Notes: generated by a model not told the origin, from the sequence alone. A stretch of DNA of 58,872 nucleotides, filler included, from Sphacelaria rigidula (GCA_964200075.2; 9 parts of 9 records of this genome joined end to end with filler, not necessarily neighbours in it), one strand, 5' to 3'; counted from the whole stretch's first letter, positions 1 to 12,953 are shown. Translations and numbers: made by a program.

Positions 1-309
1 AAGGGGCTCCTAACAATTCTAATCTCAGAAATTATTTATCTACCCCTACCGTAGCATCACTCTGAATCAAATAAGAAAAGCCTAGCACACGGAGTAGCTG
101 TGAACTCTCACGCTTGGGATGGGTTTTGCCAATATCGCCCATATATATGATGAGATGCGTAATGGAATCTGAAACGAGCTATAATGCGTTGTATGGCCAG
201 TTTCTTCGTGAAGACTTCGAGACTAGCTTGGAGGGGGCTATGGTGGCATCACTCTTTTGCAATAGACAATAGGAAGTGTTTTAGTATGGTAACGACCATT
301 TTTTATGAC

Positions 310-1260
310 AACACCCAAATAGATGGTGTGTCAACTGAAGCGGAGTCTGTACCGTTGAACAACACGGTGGAACAAAAACGCCAAAACTTGAAGGAAGTTC
401 ACGAGCTGTTGACCCAACGCCACAAGCGAAGGGAAGAGGTAAGATCGGCTAGAAATGCCGAGCTGAGTCGCCAATCGGTGGGGTCGTGAGCTCAGGTAGG
501 GGATCTGATGTTAGTAAAGGAGTCCGACAGCTCCCTTGTACACGAGGATGTGCCGACTAAACTAGTGCACGACTTGTGGACGGGACCATGGACGGTGCAG
601 CAAGTGGTGATACCCGGTCTCAGCCTTAAGGTCAGTATGCAGGGACGAAAAGTACGAGAACGGACGGTGTCGGCAGCCAATGTGAAGAAATTTCATGTGC
701 GCTCTGAACAGCTGCGACACCCGTTTCCGGACGAGTACTCTCAGTTAGCATGGGGGGCTGATCTGGGTTTGGCTGAGGGGATCGAGGTCGTCCCACACTT
801 ATACACATTGACAGATAGGAAAGTGGTGCTAGGAGCAGGATCGTCATGGGAGTGGGCCTATCGAGGGTTATTTCATGACGGAGCTGAATCTCATTGGCTT
901 TCTGAGGAGGAAGTGTTGGACAGTTTCACTGGGTTGCAGCTGGACGTGTTTCATGCTTTATGGGAACTATATCACCCGCAAGCCAAACCACGGCCATCTG
1001 TTACGCCATCTCGAGCGGAAAAATACTCTATTGCTCGGGAGGAAGCTTTACGACAGATTCCTCGAGGGACTAAAACTCGTAAAGGGTTTGTAGACAACCA
1101 AGGTGAGCAGCAGGAGTTCGACGGAGAGGTGTTTGATTTCCATCAGCCGTATTACCGTATCAAGTATGAGGATGGAGATTGGAAAGAGACGACGCCGTTG
1201 GAGTTGCGAAAATATACGGTGAATGGGCAAGATACCGGAACAGTTTCGGGGTCTAACTGA
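310..1260 (+). pseudogene. Ty3/gypsy pol C-terminus: integrase tail with GPY/F-like motif, chromodomain-like segment and terminal Tudor-like domain; one in-frame TGA at 487-489
   Basis: ORFs 184..489 and 508..1260 share a frame (RQSVGS*AQVGDLMLVKE). VGDLMLV...KLVHDLWTGPWTV matches the GPY/F motif. The terminal RKGF...FDGEVFDFHQPYYRIKYEDGDWKE resembles a Tudor fold. Confidence 0.8.
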
Positions 1261-1509
1261 TGGAGAGAAAAGACCGTTTCTGCACGGTGTTTATATTCCC
1301 TACGTGGTCTAACCCGGCAGAGCAGTCAACAATACAGCGGACCCCCGCCGAGCGGGATAGAATTGTTCCTACGCAGTCTAACCAGCAGAACCATTATCAA
1401 GATCAACGGCTACACCAAGCCGCCGAGTACTCGGGAAGAGGGACATGCTATCGCGGCGATCCATCGTGTAAACCACGTTCAGTCCTAGGGTTTTTCAATC
1501 CTAGGACTG

Positions 1510-1840
1510 AGGGGGGGGTGTTACGGATCGCAGCGTGGCGTGATGGAGATAGTACGATGATGGGCCGTCGGTTTCAAAACGACACTACGCCCGGAGGGCT
1601 GATTGCGGGAACTGGCTAGTACCGTGGTCAGGGGTGAAGGCGGTGTGATCCGCCAAGAGACGGCATACATAAACATGCCTCTTTACATCTGGTTGGATCC
1701 AGTTCTTTACAAGAATCGATCCAGCTGGCACCCTGGGGTTCACTCTCTTTTGAGTGCTGAGGTAAATCCCACCAAGTGGGAAAAAAAATCGAATCGACCT
1801 GAAGCGATGATCAAGATATCGTGACGTTCGTCGTGTAACG
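1510..1840 (+). mobile_element. Polypurine tract followed by the 3' LTR of the gypsy element (LTR starts TGTTACG at 1519; right end uncertain)
   Basis: GAGGGGGGGG lies immediately before TGTTACGG, 260 bp after the pol stop. GTAACG at 1835-1840 is an imperfect candidate inverted end. Confidence 0.6.
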
Positions 1841-2154
1841 TTCTGCATTGGACTTTCCCACCTACTGTGAGCTTGCTCTCGTTTCAGACAAATCGGTGAG
1901 ACTGTAACGAGGTTGATTCAGGCAATGAGCAGATGCAAGAAGATCGGCATGATAGTAAAACGAACTTTGTGCACAAATGGAATGGTGAAATGTGTAACCC
2001 TATAGTAAAAGTAAGTCATATCATGCATGAGCTAGCGAGACATCGTAACTTGCATGACCGAAATGCTATTGTTGGTCGCTCTAGTACTCGACTTGTACAG
2101 TAGAGACACGCATGTGGACGACCACTATGGCCAACACTATAATGTTTGTATCAT

Positions 2155-4148
2155 CACGTGGTGAGTACACGGCCCTCTCCAGCATTGCGGCCTCACTGCT
2201 ATAACACCTTCATATCCCAAAGTCATTACACTACTACTGTTACTTGACTGTATAATACTAACTGGCATAGAAATATTCTGACGGCACTTCCATGGTATCA
2301 ACTGATTGTAGATGATTCCAGGATTATCACCTGGTGCTCGCGACGACAGTGCCGGCGTTCGGACTGCTGTGTCGAAGGGCAACCTCTCAAAGGTCGGCAT
2401 TGATTGATTGAATATCTATCATTACAGGGTTTCGGAAATAAAACAATCGGCCGAAAAAACTCAGGGTTAGTGTTCAGAAGTTGGCATCAAGGCCAGGATA
2501 AAACGAATTCCCTTATATTATCCCTGACAATTAAACCCCGGCAGGAAACGTGGGCGGTAACTCGGAGGTAATTTGAAAGTTTCAAATCAACCCAATGGTC
2601 TGTCAAATATGTATTTCGTGACACGTAGGCCACAAGATCGAAAATTCGAGTTTGTGAGGGGGGGGGGGGGGCACCCAGGCTGCTGTTCCCTAGTTTATTG
2701 CCGAGGCGTTGGGGGATGCGGTCAGCTGCCGTGTACAGAGATCCTTGTTGGCATGGGTACCGCAGAGATGGCGGACACACCGCCCCTCCAAGCTAATCAC
2801 CTACCATTACTACATTTGTGGGACCATGTTCGGTGCCGTGTGCCTCGACTACTCACCACTAGTAGTCCGGGAAAATTTGGCGTGGCGTGAGGTAGTGGTG
2901 CTACTTTGGCTACAGGCTGTCGCTACCGTGCGCTCGTGTATTGTACATAGATGATAGATGTGTATGAGCGTTGCCGGCATCCGAGGTCATCGGGACAGGG
3001 CGGGCAAGGAGCAGAAGCAGATATACGAACCTCGCGAAGCCCGCCAGACTTTTCGGGTTTTGCAAGTGTTGATCAATTTCTTTCAACAATTAAAAAAAAA
3101 TTGAAAAAAAACACAAAAAAATCACGAAAAAAAATTCTATAGAATGTTGACAATTTTCGAAAAAAATTCTGTCCGTGAGGGGGCGGGGGGGTACTCCGCG
3201 TCCGAATTTTTTCTCTCGACAGACCCTTGATGAATCCTGAATTTCGAAGCATTATTTTCCAGTGTGACATGGCGAGGCATCTCGCTTGAACTCGCAAGTG
3301 GGGCTTTTCCGGGACAGTGTTCACAAGAAGTGCGATGCGGTGCCCACTTTCAGGCATCAGGAGCCAAAACTGGACAAGGGCTTGTGTGCGCAACTTGGAT
3401 AGATTCACGGCAGCAGCCCAGATTCTTTTCTTGTTTTCGTCTACTTAGGGCATCCCTATTTTTTTTTCATATATCCAGATAGCTCTGAGTGTGTGTGTTT
3501 TTTTTCGTTTTCCCGTTGCTGCTTCCCTGAATTTCTGCAAATTGATGAAAAGGACATCGTGGCAAAATTTCACCTCGCATGGCCGTTTCCTACGATTCAA
3601 ATTTTTGGGGCACGTGTTCTCTAACTTTGACACATTTGACGAGGCTGTTGCCCTCAAAACAGACATCATCGACATCACACGTCTTGGACATTTCGCATCG
3701 CCCCACCGAGAGGAGCCCATCCCCCTTTCCCGATTCGCATGGCTCGGAGGTTGCAAGAACGGCCTCAGGGCAAAAATGCGACTCGAAAACAAGATGAAGT
3801 GTCTGCAAGTATTTTTCTGTGAATATTCCTGCACACATCGCTTTTTTTTGTCTATTGTATTCTTATCCTGAGGCCGTTCTCCAAAAATCCGAGCCGTTCG
3901 AATCGGAAAGTGTCCAAGGCGTGTGACGGCAATGCCTCTGTTTCGCGTCCAAAATTGTGTCAAGTGTCTCGAAAGTGAAAAATACGAGCCCAAAGAAATA
4001 CAAATCGCAAGAACCGGGATTACTGCAAACATTGACCACCGCACACTGTTTGAACCGGATTGTGCGCCTTGGTTGCTGCACACCCTGGACGAAAGAATAC
4101 ACAGTCAAAAAGTATACCGTGTACAGTAACGACCACTGCGCCTATTGC
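2155..4148. repeat. Internally deleted copy of the large foldback-type repeat also present at 33860-37580
   Basis: Collinear blocks seen by eye: 2155-2229 ~ 34108-34178; 2232-2470 ~ 34730-34965; 2475-2593 ~ 35730-35848; 3236-3304 ~ 35847-35914; 3325-4148 ~ 36678-37580. Confidence 0.85.
2594..3228. mobile_element. Non-autonomous TIR element nested inside the large repeat; possible diverged 9-bp TSD
   Basis: Ends AATGGTCTGTCAA and TCGACAGACCCTT are imperfect inverted repeats. The homologous site at ~35840-35850 is empty. Flanks AATCAACCC and GATGAATCC compare with AATAAACCC at the empty site. Confidence 0.6.
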
Positions 4149-5188
4149 AGCAGACAACGAATTCTATACGATACGCAGTACGTTTTTTTACAATAGAAGC
4201 TTTTGTCCAGTGTGTGGATTGCTGGCCCAGCTCATGCCCTTTTTCCGAATTTCCAGTTTTGTCGTTGCTAATGGGGACGAATTCGCTGTTCCGCGCAGAG
4301 GATTTGTTCTCTCGTCTTAGCGAAGGCTCTCTCTTGAGTGGCCACTTGTATGGGGTGGGGTAACGGTAAATCAGCTATGTTTCATTCGTCGCGTATTTCG
4401 TAGATGATGTACCTGACCTCGAGCAACGTCTTTTCTCCTCGGTCCTTTCCTCCTCTTCCGCTGTGTTCACCCACATTTCTCCTGTAACCAGTGGCGCTGA
4501 ATCCTTCTCAGACGGGGCACACGGAGCGGACCGAGCCTGAGGCGTGATGTTTCTCTACATCCATTTTGATATTTATTTTCGAAATTGACAGTTGTCGGGC
4601 ATAGTGGTTGAGCAGCATAAATATATATCATGCTGCCCTCCCGCGGGTTCGATTCATGCATGTCATCTGCCCGGGATGTAGTGGGGCAAGGGGGCCGAAA
4701 AGTGACACACCTGGTATTGCACAGATTCTATCTCAATTTCGTAGCCCTTGGGTAGTCGTGGGTTGACGGCGGGGGAGGTTGTGTGCTGTTTTACTCTTCC
4801 ATGTCAAGATGGATGGGGGGGGCTACAACGCTCCTTGTTTGTTTTTTCTCTCGAAGATCAAGATGGGGTGGGGTGTGTGGAACTCATGGTTAATGGCCAC
4901 GATGGTTACTACATATATATATATATATACTCCGGAGTATGGCAGGGGCGTCATACACCACCGTTCTCAGCGGTTTGAATGGGTCCATGGGATGATCTTC
5001 GTACGGGTTGCGAATTGCTGGCAGTATTACTCATAGTATCGTACTGAGGCCGGCGTCTTTTACTTTTCTTTGGGGGGGCGGGGTGCATATATATGTTCGT
5101 ACTCTGTCCTTAAAGCGGCAGGATCATTTGATGCAGAAGCAGGAAGCACACACGACATAATAAACTGCAAGGAAATCTTATTATTGAT

Positions 5189-5460
5189 CCCAACGGGTTG
5201 GACACGTTGATACCTGTCCAAATTCGGGGCCTCGTGCAACGTACCTTGTAGGACCTTGTGCAAGGTACCTTGCGCAACCTTGTGCAAGGCACCTTGTGCA
5301 AGGTACCTTACAGGACCTTGTGCAAGGTTCCTTAGAACCTTGCACAAGGTACCTTGCGGAGCCTGACACGTTGCCAAATGTGGATAACCTACCTTGCCTG
5401 GGCAGGTTGAGGCAAGGTGCCGGCAAGGTCCTGGAGCCTGCCCCGAGTGGCCACCTGTGG
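5189..5460. mobile_element. MITE-like element filled with ~12-13 bp palindromic units (CAAGGTACCTTG-like)
   Basis: About a dozen AGG(T)ACCTTGTGCA-like units. Ends CCCAACGGGTTGGACAC and GTGGCCACCTGTGG resemble those of the 6089-6385 hairpin, and CCAAATGTGGATAA is shared with it. Confidence 0.6.
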
Positions 5461-6088
5461 TGCAGAAGTATCAGCGGCATATAACGTAACATGCCGGGTG
5501 CATGTGCGATGTCGCACGACGAAACGCTGACCGCCTCCCGCACGAGAAGCAGCAGCAGCAGCAGCAGCAGCATATTTATTGCCAGTAAATGTACGTGGCT
5601 GGGGGTGAGTCTGAATTAGACTGTGCCGATGCTGCTGATGCTGCTGCTGCTCTTGATCATACACGGTCCGCGTTTCGACCGTGCGACAACACCCACGCAC
5701 CTTGCGAGTGATAGCCACCGTGCTGGACAGCGCTGGGTACGTACTACCTACCGATAGGTCCATGCTTACTCGGCGAAGTTCTGGGAGATATACCTGTGCG
5801 CATCTCTCTGTGGGAGCTGTGCACGTGGAGTGTGTCTCCCACGCGTGGCTTCTGCAACAAGAGAAAGCAGCTGATACATACTGTATACAGTCCGTGTTCA
5901 GGAACTAAAAACCACTGCAGAGTTGTACTGCAGAAGCTGTAACAGCCTGGATTCGTTATTGAGGTTCAACATTTTAATGGGCTTCAACCTGAAAACAGTG
6001 CTTTCCCTGACCTAAAATCATGACCAATGAATTTCACATGGACGATCCCATGCCCCCCGACCTCCTGAAAACTATTTCGGGGGTTGCC

Positions 6089-6385
6089 CGCGCGGGTGGC
6101 CACTGGGGTCTGTAACCTGGCCATTTTGGGACCTTATCCACCTTTGGTAAGGTCCGCGGATTGGGTAGACAACTGAGGAGCATTCGCACAGCATGGACAG
6201 GATCGAAACAACACATGTCCCAGTCTATAGGCGGGTGACTCCCCTGTAAACTGGAACATGTTTTGTTTCGAACCTGTCCATGCTGCGCGAATGCTCTTCA
6301 GTTGTCCACCTAATCCGCGGACCTTACCAAATGTGGATAAGGTTGCAAAAAGGCCAGGTTACAGACTCCAGTGGCCACCCGTGGG
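6089..6385. mobile_element. Fully palindromic MITE (arms ~145 bp)
   Basis: GGGTGGCCACTGGGGTCTGTAACCTGGCC... pairs with ...GGCCAGGTTACAGACTCCAGTGGCCACCC along the whole length. No clear TSD. Confidence 0.85.
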
Positions 6386-6453
6386 TCTTCTGTGCCCCCA
6401 AAGCGTATGTGCGAAAGCACCTTTTCGCCTCGATATCGGGGCGAAAAACGGGA

Positions 6454-6553
6454 NNNNNNNNNNNNNNNNNNNNNNNNNNNNNNNNNNNNNNNNNNNNTTA
6501 ATTAATTAANNNNNNNNNNNNNNNNNNNNNNNNNNNNNNNNNNNNNNNNNNNN
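6454..6553. other. Artificial contig spacer (N44-TTAATTAATTAA-N44); also at 13007-13106, 19560-19659, 26113-26212, 32665-32764, 39217-39316, 45769-45868, 52321-52420
   Basis: Identical 100-bp blocks with a six-frame-stop linker. The intervening contigs are all 6452-6453 bp, i.e. size-sorted. Confidence 0.98.
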
Positions 6554-6692
6554 GGGGCATTAAAAACAAATAAAAAAGAAAAAGCCCCTGTGTTGACCTT
6601 CCTCCTGTGTGACTCGGCTGATGCACCCACATACACCGAAAGATAGATGTAGACTGGTGCCCAGAATAAATGGGATGACAACACACACACAT
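6554..6692 (+). mobile_element. 3' part of a tRNA-derived SINE (same family as 55653-56033), cut by the contig start
   Basis: TGTTGACCTTCCTCCTGTGTGAC...GATGACAACACACACAC is the reverse complement of 55680-55800. Confidence 0.85.
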
Positions 6693-6821
6693 TTTTTTCG
6701 GTCACGTTACCAGCACATTTATGCTTCAAGTTTTTCTTTTCTTATGTATATATATATATATATATATATCGCACAAAAGTACCACACCCTGTACAACTAT
6801 AATAGTCGGTAGTCACTCCTC

Positions 6822-6995
6822 ATCAAACAACCAAGTGTTCAGAATTGTGTGCAACTAGTTGTTTCCAAACAACTACCTATAACTGTTCGAAATCGTGCGC
6901 AACTAGTTGTTTTCAAGCAACTAACAACTACCTCTAACTGTTCAGAATCGTGTGCAACTAGTTGTTTCCAAACAACCAACTGTTCAGAATCGTGT
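6822..6995. repeat. Minisatellite with ~40-50 bp units (AACTGTTCAGAATCGTGTGCAACTAGTTGTTTCCAAAC), about 4 copies
   Basis: Units recur at ~6835, ~6881, ~6936 and ~6978. Confidence 0.8.
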
Positions 6996-7287
6996 CCTAT
7001 ACCGCCTGTTGCACTGCTGTTGTACAAGACACCACGCAGTCTGTACACTGTGCAGGCTATCGAGGCGGCAGCACGAGTAGTAGTGGGAGTGTTCCTGTAT
7101 CGTACTACTACTTGTCGACTGTTCAGAACACTACAATCCCTGTACAGTACAATACTACTGACTGTTCTACTGTTGCCTGTTGTCCGCTGTACAGAGTATT
7201 CAGTCCGCCGCACAGCAGAGAATAGACAGCGTTATTTGTAGTACAATATTGTCTTTCCCTTGCTCAAAAAAATAAATCAAATGACCA

Positions 7288-7338
7288 ACCATCCATCCAT
7301 CCATCCATCCATCCATCCATCCATCCATCCATCCATCC
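7288..7338. repeat. (CCAT)n microsatellite
   Basis: About 12 perfect units. Confidence 0.95.
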
Positions 7339-7620
7339 AATTAATTCATTAAATTTATTATTATATATTTATATTATATGTAGTCTGGTGCGTGAAGAAA
7401 AAAAAAATAGCGGAGAGGAATTTGACTTTTCTTCGGCCCAGGGTACCGTATGATGACAACAGACTGTATTATTTCACGAGATGGGCCAGCTGACGTTTGA
7501 TTTTTGAACGTTTCCAGGCCCGGCTGTGGGTAATTCGAGAAGTTGGGCGCTGAAACTTTGACACGACATTTTTATCATCAACACGCACAACCTTCCGGGG
7601 GATGCAATGAAAAAAAAAAA

Positions 7621-8112
7621 TCTAAACTTAGGCTACTTCTTATTATGTATGAAAAAATACACCTTGTTGAAAAGTACATTTTTGACCCTTCTCAATCGTT
7701 TTTCGCCCGAAAAGAGGGCCGGGCGGATGTTGACACCTTGGAATGACTTGCTGCGCTCGTTAAGACCGTTCCAGAGTACCTTTGCAATTTCCGTGGGTCA
7801 CAGCAGTTTTGTCCTTGACCAAACTTGCATTTTCAGCAACAAACGGTCAACTTATTATAAAAAAACAGGGTGAAAACTGCCATTTTTCTGATAATCATTC
7901 GTAGTTGAAAATGCAAGTTTGGCCAGAATCAAAACTGCGACTTGCGGGAAACGCAAAGGTGCTCTGGAACGGTCTCAACGAGCACAGCAAGTCATTCCAA
8001 GGTGTCGGCATCCGCCTGGCCCTATTTTCGGACGAAAAACGATGGAGAAAGGTCAAAAATGTACTTTTCAAGATATATATATATTAATGCATACGAAGTG
8101 GCCTTACTTAGA
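7621..8112. mobile_element. Long-TIR (foldback) MITE with arms >200 bp
   Basis: TTGAAAAGTACATTTTTGACC...AAACTTGCATTTTCA (7667-7835) pairs with TGAAAATGCAAGTTTGG...GGTCAAAAATGTACTTTTCAA (7906-8071). Confidence 0.85.
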
Positions 8113-8229
8113 GCGATTTGAAATTTCTGAAGAAACAGGAAAAATAACAGCCTGGATTCGTTATTGACGTTCAACATTTTTATAAAGTCCAACCGACCAT
8201 TGTTTTCAGTTTTCACAACACTTTTCCCG

Positions 8230-11200
8230 GAGAGGTTTTGAATCACGAAAGCGCTTGCGGTAGTGGGAGTGTATGGAAAAGTTGTTGCGAGCCCCCCGGG
8301 TGTCGATGAAGACGCCGCCGGAGGAGCAACGGCAGAGAGGAGCCTCGTCGCCCGCGTCCCTTGTGTGACCCCTCCGCCGACGTCCATTGCACGTCACCCG
8401 GTCACCCCATCACTGGCAATCATGTGATCAATATATCTCGTGTGTTACGCGTGCAGGCGTTCACAAACAATATCTTCCTTTCGACCAAAAGCGATCACTT
8501 CCACGATCTGTTTGGTCGGCGTCGAGCGGGGACCTGGTGCATTTCCGGAGTGGTGCACCGAGGCTCCGAAAAATTCCGACGTCGCAGGAGCATCACGACC
8601 AACTTCAACAACTAAAGCAAGAAGAGCAATAATGCGGCTACATTCGTGTGTACCCAGCAGCAAAAACATCACCGCCACCACCGCCTTCTCGCCGGGCATC
8701 GTCATGTCTACTCGCACGGCGGATGTGCTACCGTTGTCCCCCCCCCCTCCGCTACTCCCCCACGCTGCAGTTGTTGCCCATGTCGCCCCCTCCGCTGTCC
8801 TCGACCTCACCACTCGAACTGACACCTTCATCTTCGCTACAAGCATCGTCCTGCTGCCGACAGCTGGCGATAGCTGTAAGTGTAATAAACCCCTGCCCCG
8901 CGACTACGTGCTGACCAGAATTTACGTGTAGTGCACGTTTAACCGCGTTCCTGCTCTTGTATGATGTACGTTCGAGTGACACCTGCGCGCGCACGGCACG
9001 CTGCTCCCCATCACTTCTGCCCGCCACGGCGTCGAGCATCGCCTGTCGATCACCTCTCTGTGGCACGGTGGAGATGATATCAACTTGACTATCTGCGTTA
9101 AACGCGTCCCACGTCAGATAAAGCAAGGGGCATGTTTTGCTGACCTGCGTGTACAACGCGGCGCGGGGCCGACAAAGTGCTTGTCCCGGAGCTAGCATCT
9201 GCGTCAGTTGACGGTTGGTCGACACCAAGACTAATCTCACGTATAGTTTTTCCTTTTCCTGGTGAGAAAGAGAAGCGATAGCTTCCTCCGGCGTGTGGTG
9301 AACAATGAGCAGGCCCCACAACGGGATACCCAGGTAGGCTGGCGCCGCAGCCGACTTAGGCGTCTTGGCGAACAACTCGTCGATGCCGTTTCTGTCAGAA
9401 TGCTGGAACACGAGGTCAAACACGAGAGGTGGGGCGAACGCAACATGTACTATCATTACAAAAACTAATACACGCGCGGTCAATCGTCGATATGCTCCTT
9501 ATGCGTGTAGAAGATGAAAGTTTATTTTGATGTTTTGCTGGAGATGCATTATTTTTATTATTATTATTATTATTATTTCCGCACATTAGTCCGATCTCGC
9601 GAACCCTTGGTCACAGACGTAGGCTCATGCTCGGCATATCAAGCACATGACCGTTCTACAGCATATGTACTCATCTGTAGGATAATCGGGTCTCCATTGC
9701 CGCAGAAAACCGAAAAAAAATGACTTGCGGCGATTTGTACTACATCGCGTGTGCCTGCGGACTCTTTCAGGCATTTGTAATGTAGAGGAGCAAGTGGTCA
9801 TAGTACCACAGGAGCCGGAAGCACTCTACAGGAAAGCAGTAGGCATCAATTCCGACTTAAAAAAATACTGCATGGGATTGGAAAGACAATACTTCGGCAG
9901 AAGCAGAATGGCCGTGTGTCTAGCTCAACGCAGGGTAAATAGGGAGAAGAAGACGTAAGCCGAGGTGCAGGGACGAATACGAGCGAGGGGGGAAAAAAGA
10001 CAGAAAGACCCCGTGTGAAGACTCGTACGAACTATCAGCTCAGTTTCGATTCCATACGCCGGCATTTTCATACCTTCACGGTATACCCAAAGTCGCCGGC
10101 GGCGCGAAGCATGGTCTCTTTTGCGCCCTCTTCGCCGCCGTCCTCGGCCGCCGTCATAGAGGCCGGCCTCAGGGTGGAACGGAGCCCACGTGGCAAGCAC
10201 TTCGGGCCCACGAAGCTCTCGGCTCCCAAGTCCACCTGTAAATGGAACATCAAGGGCGGTCAACATGGCAGATTGTCGAGTAGAATTCCATCAGTTCGGG
10301 TTGTTGTAATCGCATACACTCGTTAGGTTCCAGCCCATATCCCTTCCAACCAATGCGTGTGAGGTAGGCTATTCTGCGAGATCTTATTCAACACTCCGGC
10401 CATCGAACAATCTACATTGTTCGCTTGAACGCCTGCGGACATTCCATAACTGCACCAGCGAACTGAAGCGTACCCGAAAGCACCCGGTCTTGAAGGCCTG
10501 GAGAAATGAGGTGTTGAGGCGCAGATGGCACGGTTTCAACGCGTTCGGGTCTGCAAGGGTGCAGCTCGGTGCGGCGTCCTCGTTCCATCGTTACCTCGAG
10601 GAGCTGTGTTTGCTCCACGCCAACTCCCAGCACGGTGTCCCCAGATACGAAAAACCTGTCAAAGAATACTCGCCCAAAAACAAAGTGAGGGTAGTGCGAC
10701 ACGGTCCTGTATCAGCTTCGAGAAAACAAGTTTTTCATCATAGCATTTGTACAGGGCGAGAATCACGTTCTGATCAGGATCAGCGTCGGTCTCTACAGGA
10801 TCACGATGCGTTCATCGTCCCCGCGTGGTCATCTGGTTCCATCTTCTTCTCTTATAGTTGTTTCGGCTATGTAGTACTTGCCACGGGCGCTTGTCCTCTG
10901 TTCCCCCCGACAGTATAGTTACGAGCATAGCACCTTTGCCATGAACGTGATGACGGCCGTGCTGTCTCACGCTGACGACGGCGGTTCTTTCTCATGTTGT
11001 TAGCACCATCTAGGGGCTCTCTCGCAGACGCGACAAGGTTATACTTCCGCCGAACGTCAAGGGTCGTTGTACGCCGTGTTTAGAGCTCACCTGCCGACGA
11101 GGACCTGCAGAAGTCGAGTAGGTAGAGAACAGCGCGGGCCTCCGTTTGGCGCTCCCATGGGATACGACACGCCGTTCAGGCACTGGTTAAATTGGCGTAT

Positions 11201-12900
11201 GTACTCCTTCTGATTGCCGTAGGGGTAGTCCATAGTCACGCGGTTGTTTATGGTGCACGGCGACCCCTTTTCATCGGAAGCCTTATGAGCAACAACCCCT
11301 GCCTTCACATTATTCGCCGCATGCTCCGCCGTCTCCTTCTTCGGTCTGCCTCCGGGGGGGGAGTCGTACATGACGAGCAGCGGGCTATCATCCACGACGA
11401 GAGACCTGTCTGCGAGCAAGGCACCTTCGCATGTACAGCGGAGGGGAAAAGCAAGGTGAAGCGAGGATGGGCGGCGCGGACTGCATTTAACAGCCGATAC
11501 ACATCACGTAGCGTGCGGCGGTGGGCATGTCCTCGTGTGCGCGAGGGCGAGTCTACAGTTCAGCACCTGCGTCGACGCTGGGTGCAACTCCACGACGCAC
11601 GAACGGTTTTGTATAGGTGAACCTACGTATGACGCGCACATCATCCCCTGCTCTCTCAATAGATGTGTCGAATGTCTGTTCAGCGGCAGAACAACTGCTG
11701 CGCATATCCGTGGAGGGAAATTTTCCCCCCCTCTGCTTCGATTTATTTCGTGCTTGTCGGCATAGCTGCTGTATTGTCTTCGACCTTACCCTTTTCCGTA
11801 AGTGAGACAATCCACACGTTATAACCTACTTCGAATGCGGTGGGCATGACAGTGCCCACGGGTGGGGCAAGGTGACGACGATGCTTCCGCGGGAGTGTAG
11901 ACTGTTCGCCATGCGAACGATACTACGCCGGAGGGAATCGCTGGCGGTCTTGGAGTCCTTCATGAGGGTCATCTCCGCATCGATGGCCACGACAACAAGC
12001 TTCGGCGGTGTAGTCACTGCGAGGGGGCCTGCATCTTCGAAGACGTCGTCCCTCTTGCGTAGAGGGAGGCCTGCGTGCAGAACGACATTCCGCGCCCTGC
12101 GCGATAACAAGGCGGGAGGGCAAGAAACGGCCACGGGTAAGCAATCGCAACGGTTGCTTGTGCCGTTGTCGGCGCGACGGTTGCAGTGAAATCACCGCCC
12201 TAGTGAGTGCCGACCACTACCGCAAGTCCGGCCTTCTACTGTGAGCGGAACAAAGGCCGGGGCACCACCGGAAGTCGCTGGTTATCGCACCTGCAATCCT
12301 CCATGGTGTGTACAACAGGGACTACGGCAATCACGGGGGACCTTTGTTTCTTCTTCGGTCGCCCCGCCCCCTCCCCCCCTTCATCTCTGCACTCGAGGCA
12401 GAGGCGCTTCGCCATGTCGCTCAACGACAACGTGGAGTCGTCTTCGATGGGCACAAGAAGTTCACATATGGAGAGGTGAACCATGCCACAATGAACGTAG
12501 TGGTACCTGTCGTTCCGGGAACGCGATCCCACGGGAGGGGCGCACAAAATATTTGTGAGATTTGAATCGGTGAAACCCTCCATCACCGTAAGAATATCTC
12601 TCACAACAAATGTGAGAGCGCGCGGCGATTATGACTCCGATGGGCTAGGGATGTTTTGAAATAAATTTGCGACGGGGATTTTCCTCCCCGTACTATGTTG
12701 TACCTCCTTTTTTTTAGGAGCCTATAAATGAGATCGGTCTGAGCCCAAATGTGCAACTCCTGCCGTGGCATCACCCAAAACGGGAGACGAGGATGCCCGT
12801 TGTGGGGTTGGCCCCCGCCTGTTTGTACAACATCGTACACCACAATCATTCTTGCGCGTCGCGACGGGCCTTGAGCACCAACCACACGACGCGTAGGCGG
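8230..12900 (-). pseudogene. Intronless, heavily decayed coding region of unknown family (possible virus- or transposon-derived cargo)
   Basis: Chain of protein-like minus-strand frames broken by stops and frameshifts (12236-12604, 11826-12134, 11553-11810, 11087-11419, ~9925-10730, 8752-9483). No recognised domain. Confidence 0.4.
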
Positions 12901-12953
12901 CGTTTATTTTAAAGCAAATGCGCGCACCAATATCCTGCCCCCCCCCATCCCCG

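Noticed and set aside
6498..6509. TTAATTAATTAA palindrome as a biological site
   Set aside because: It is a synthetic six-frame-stop linker embedded in N runs.
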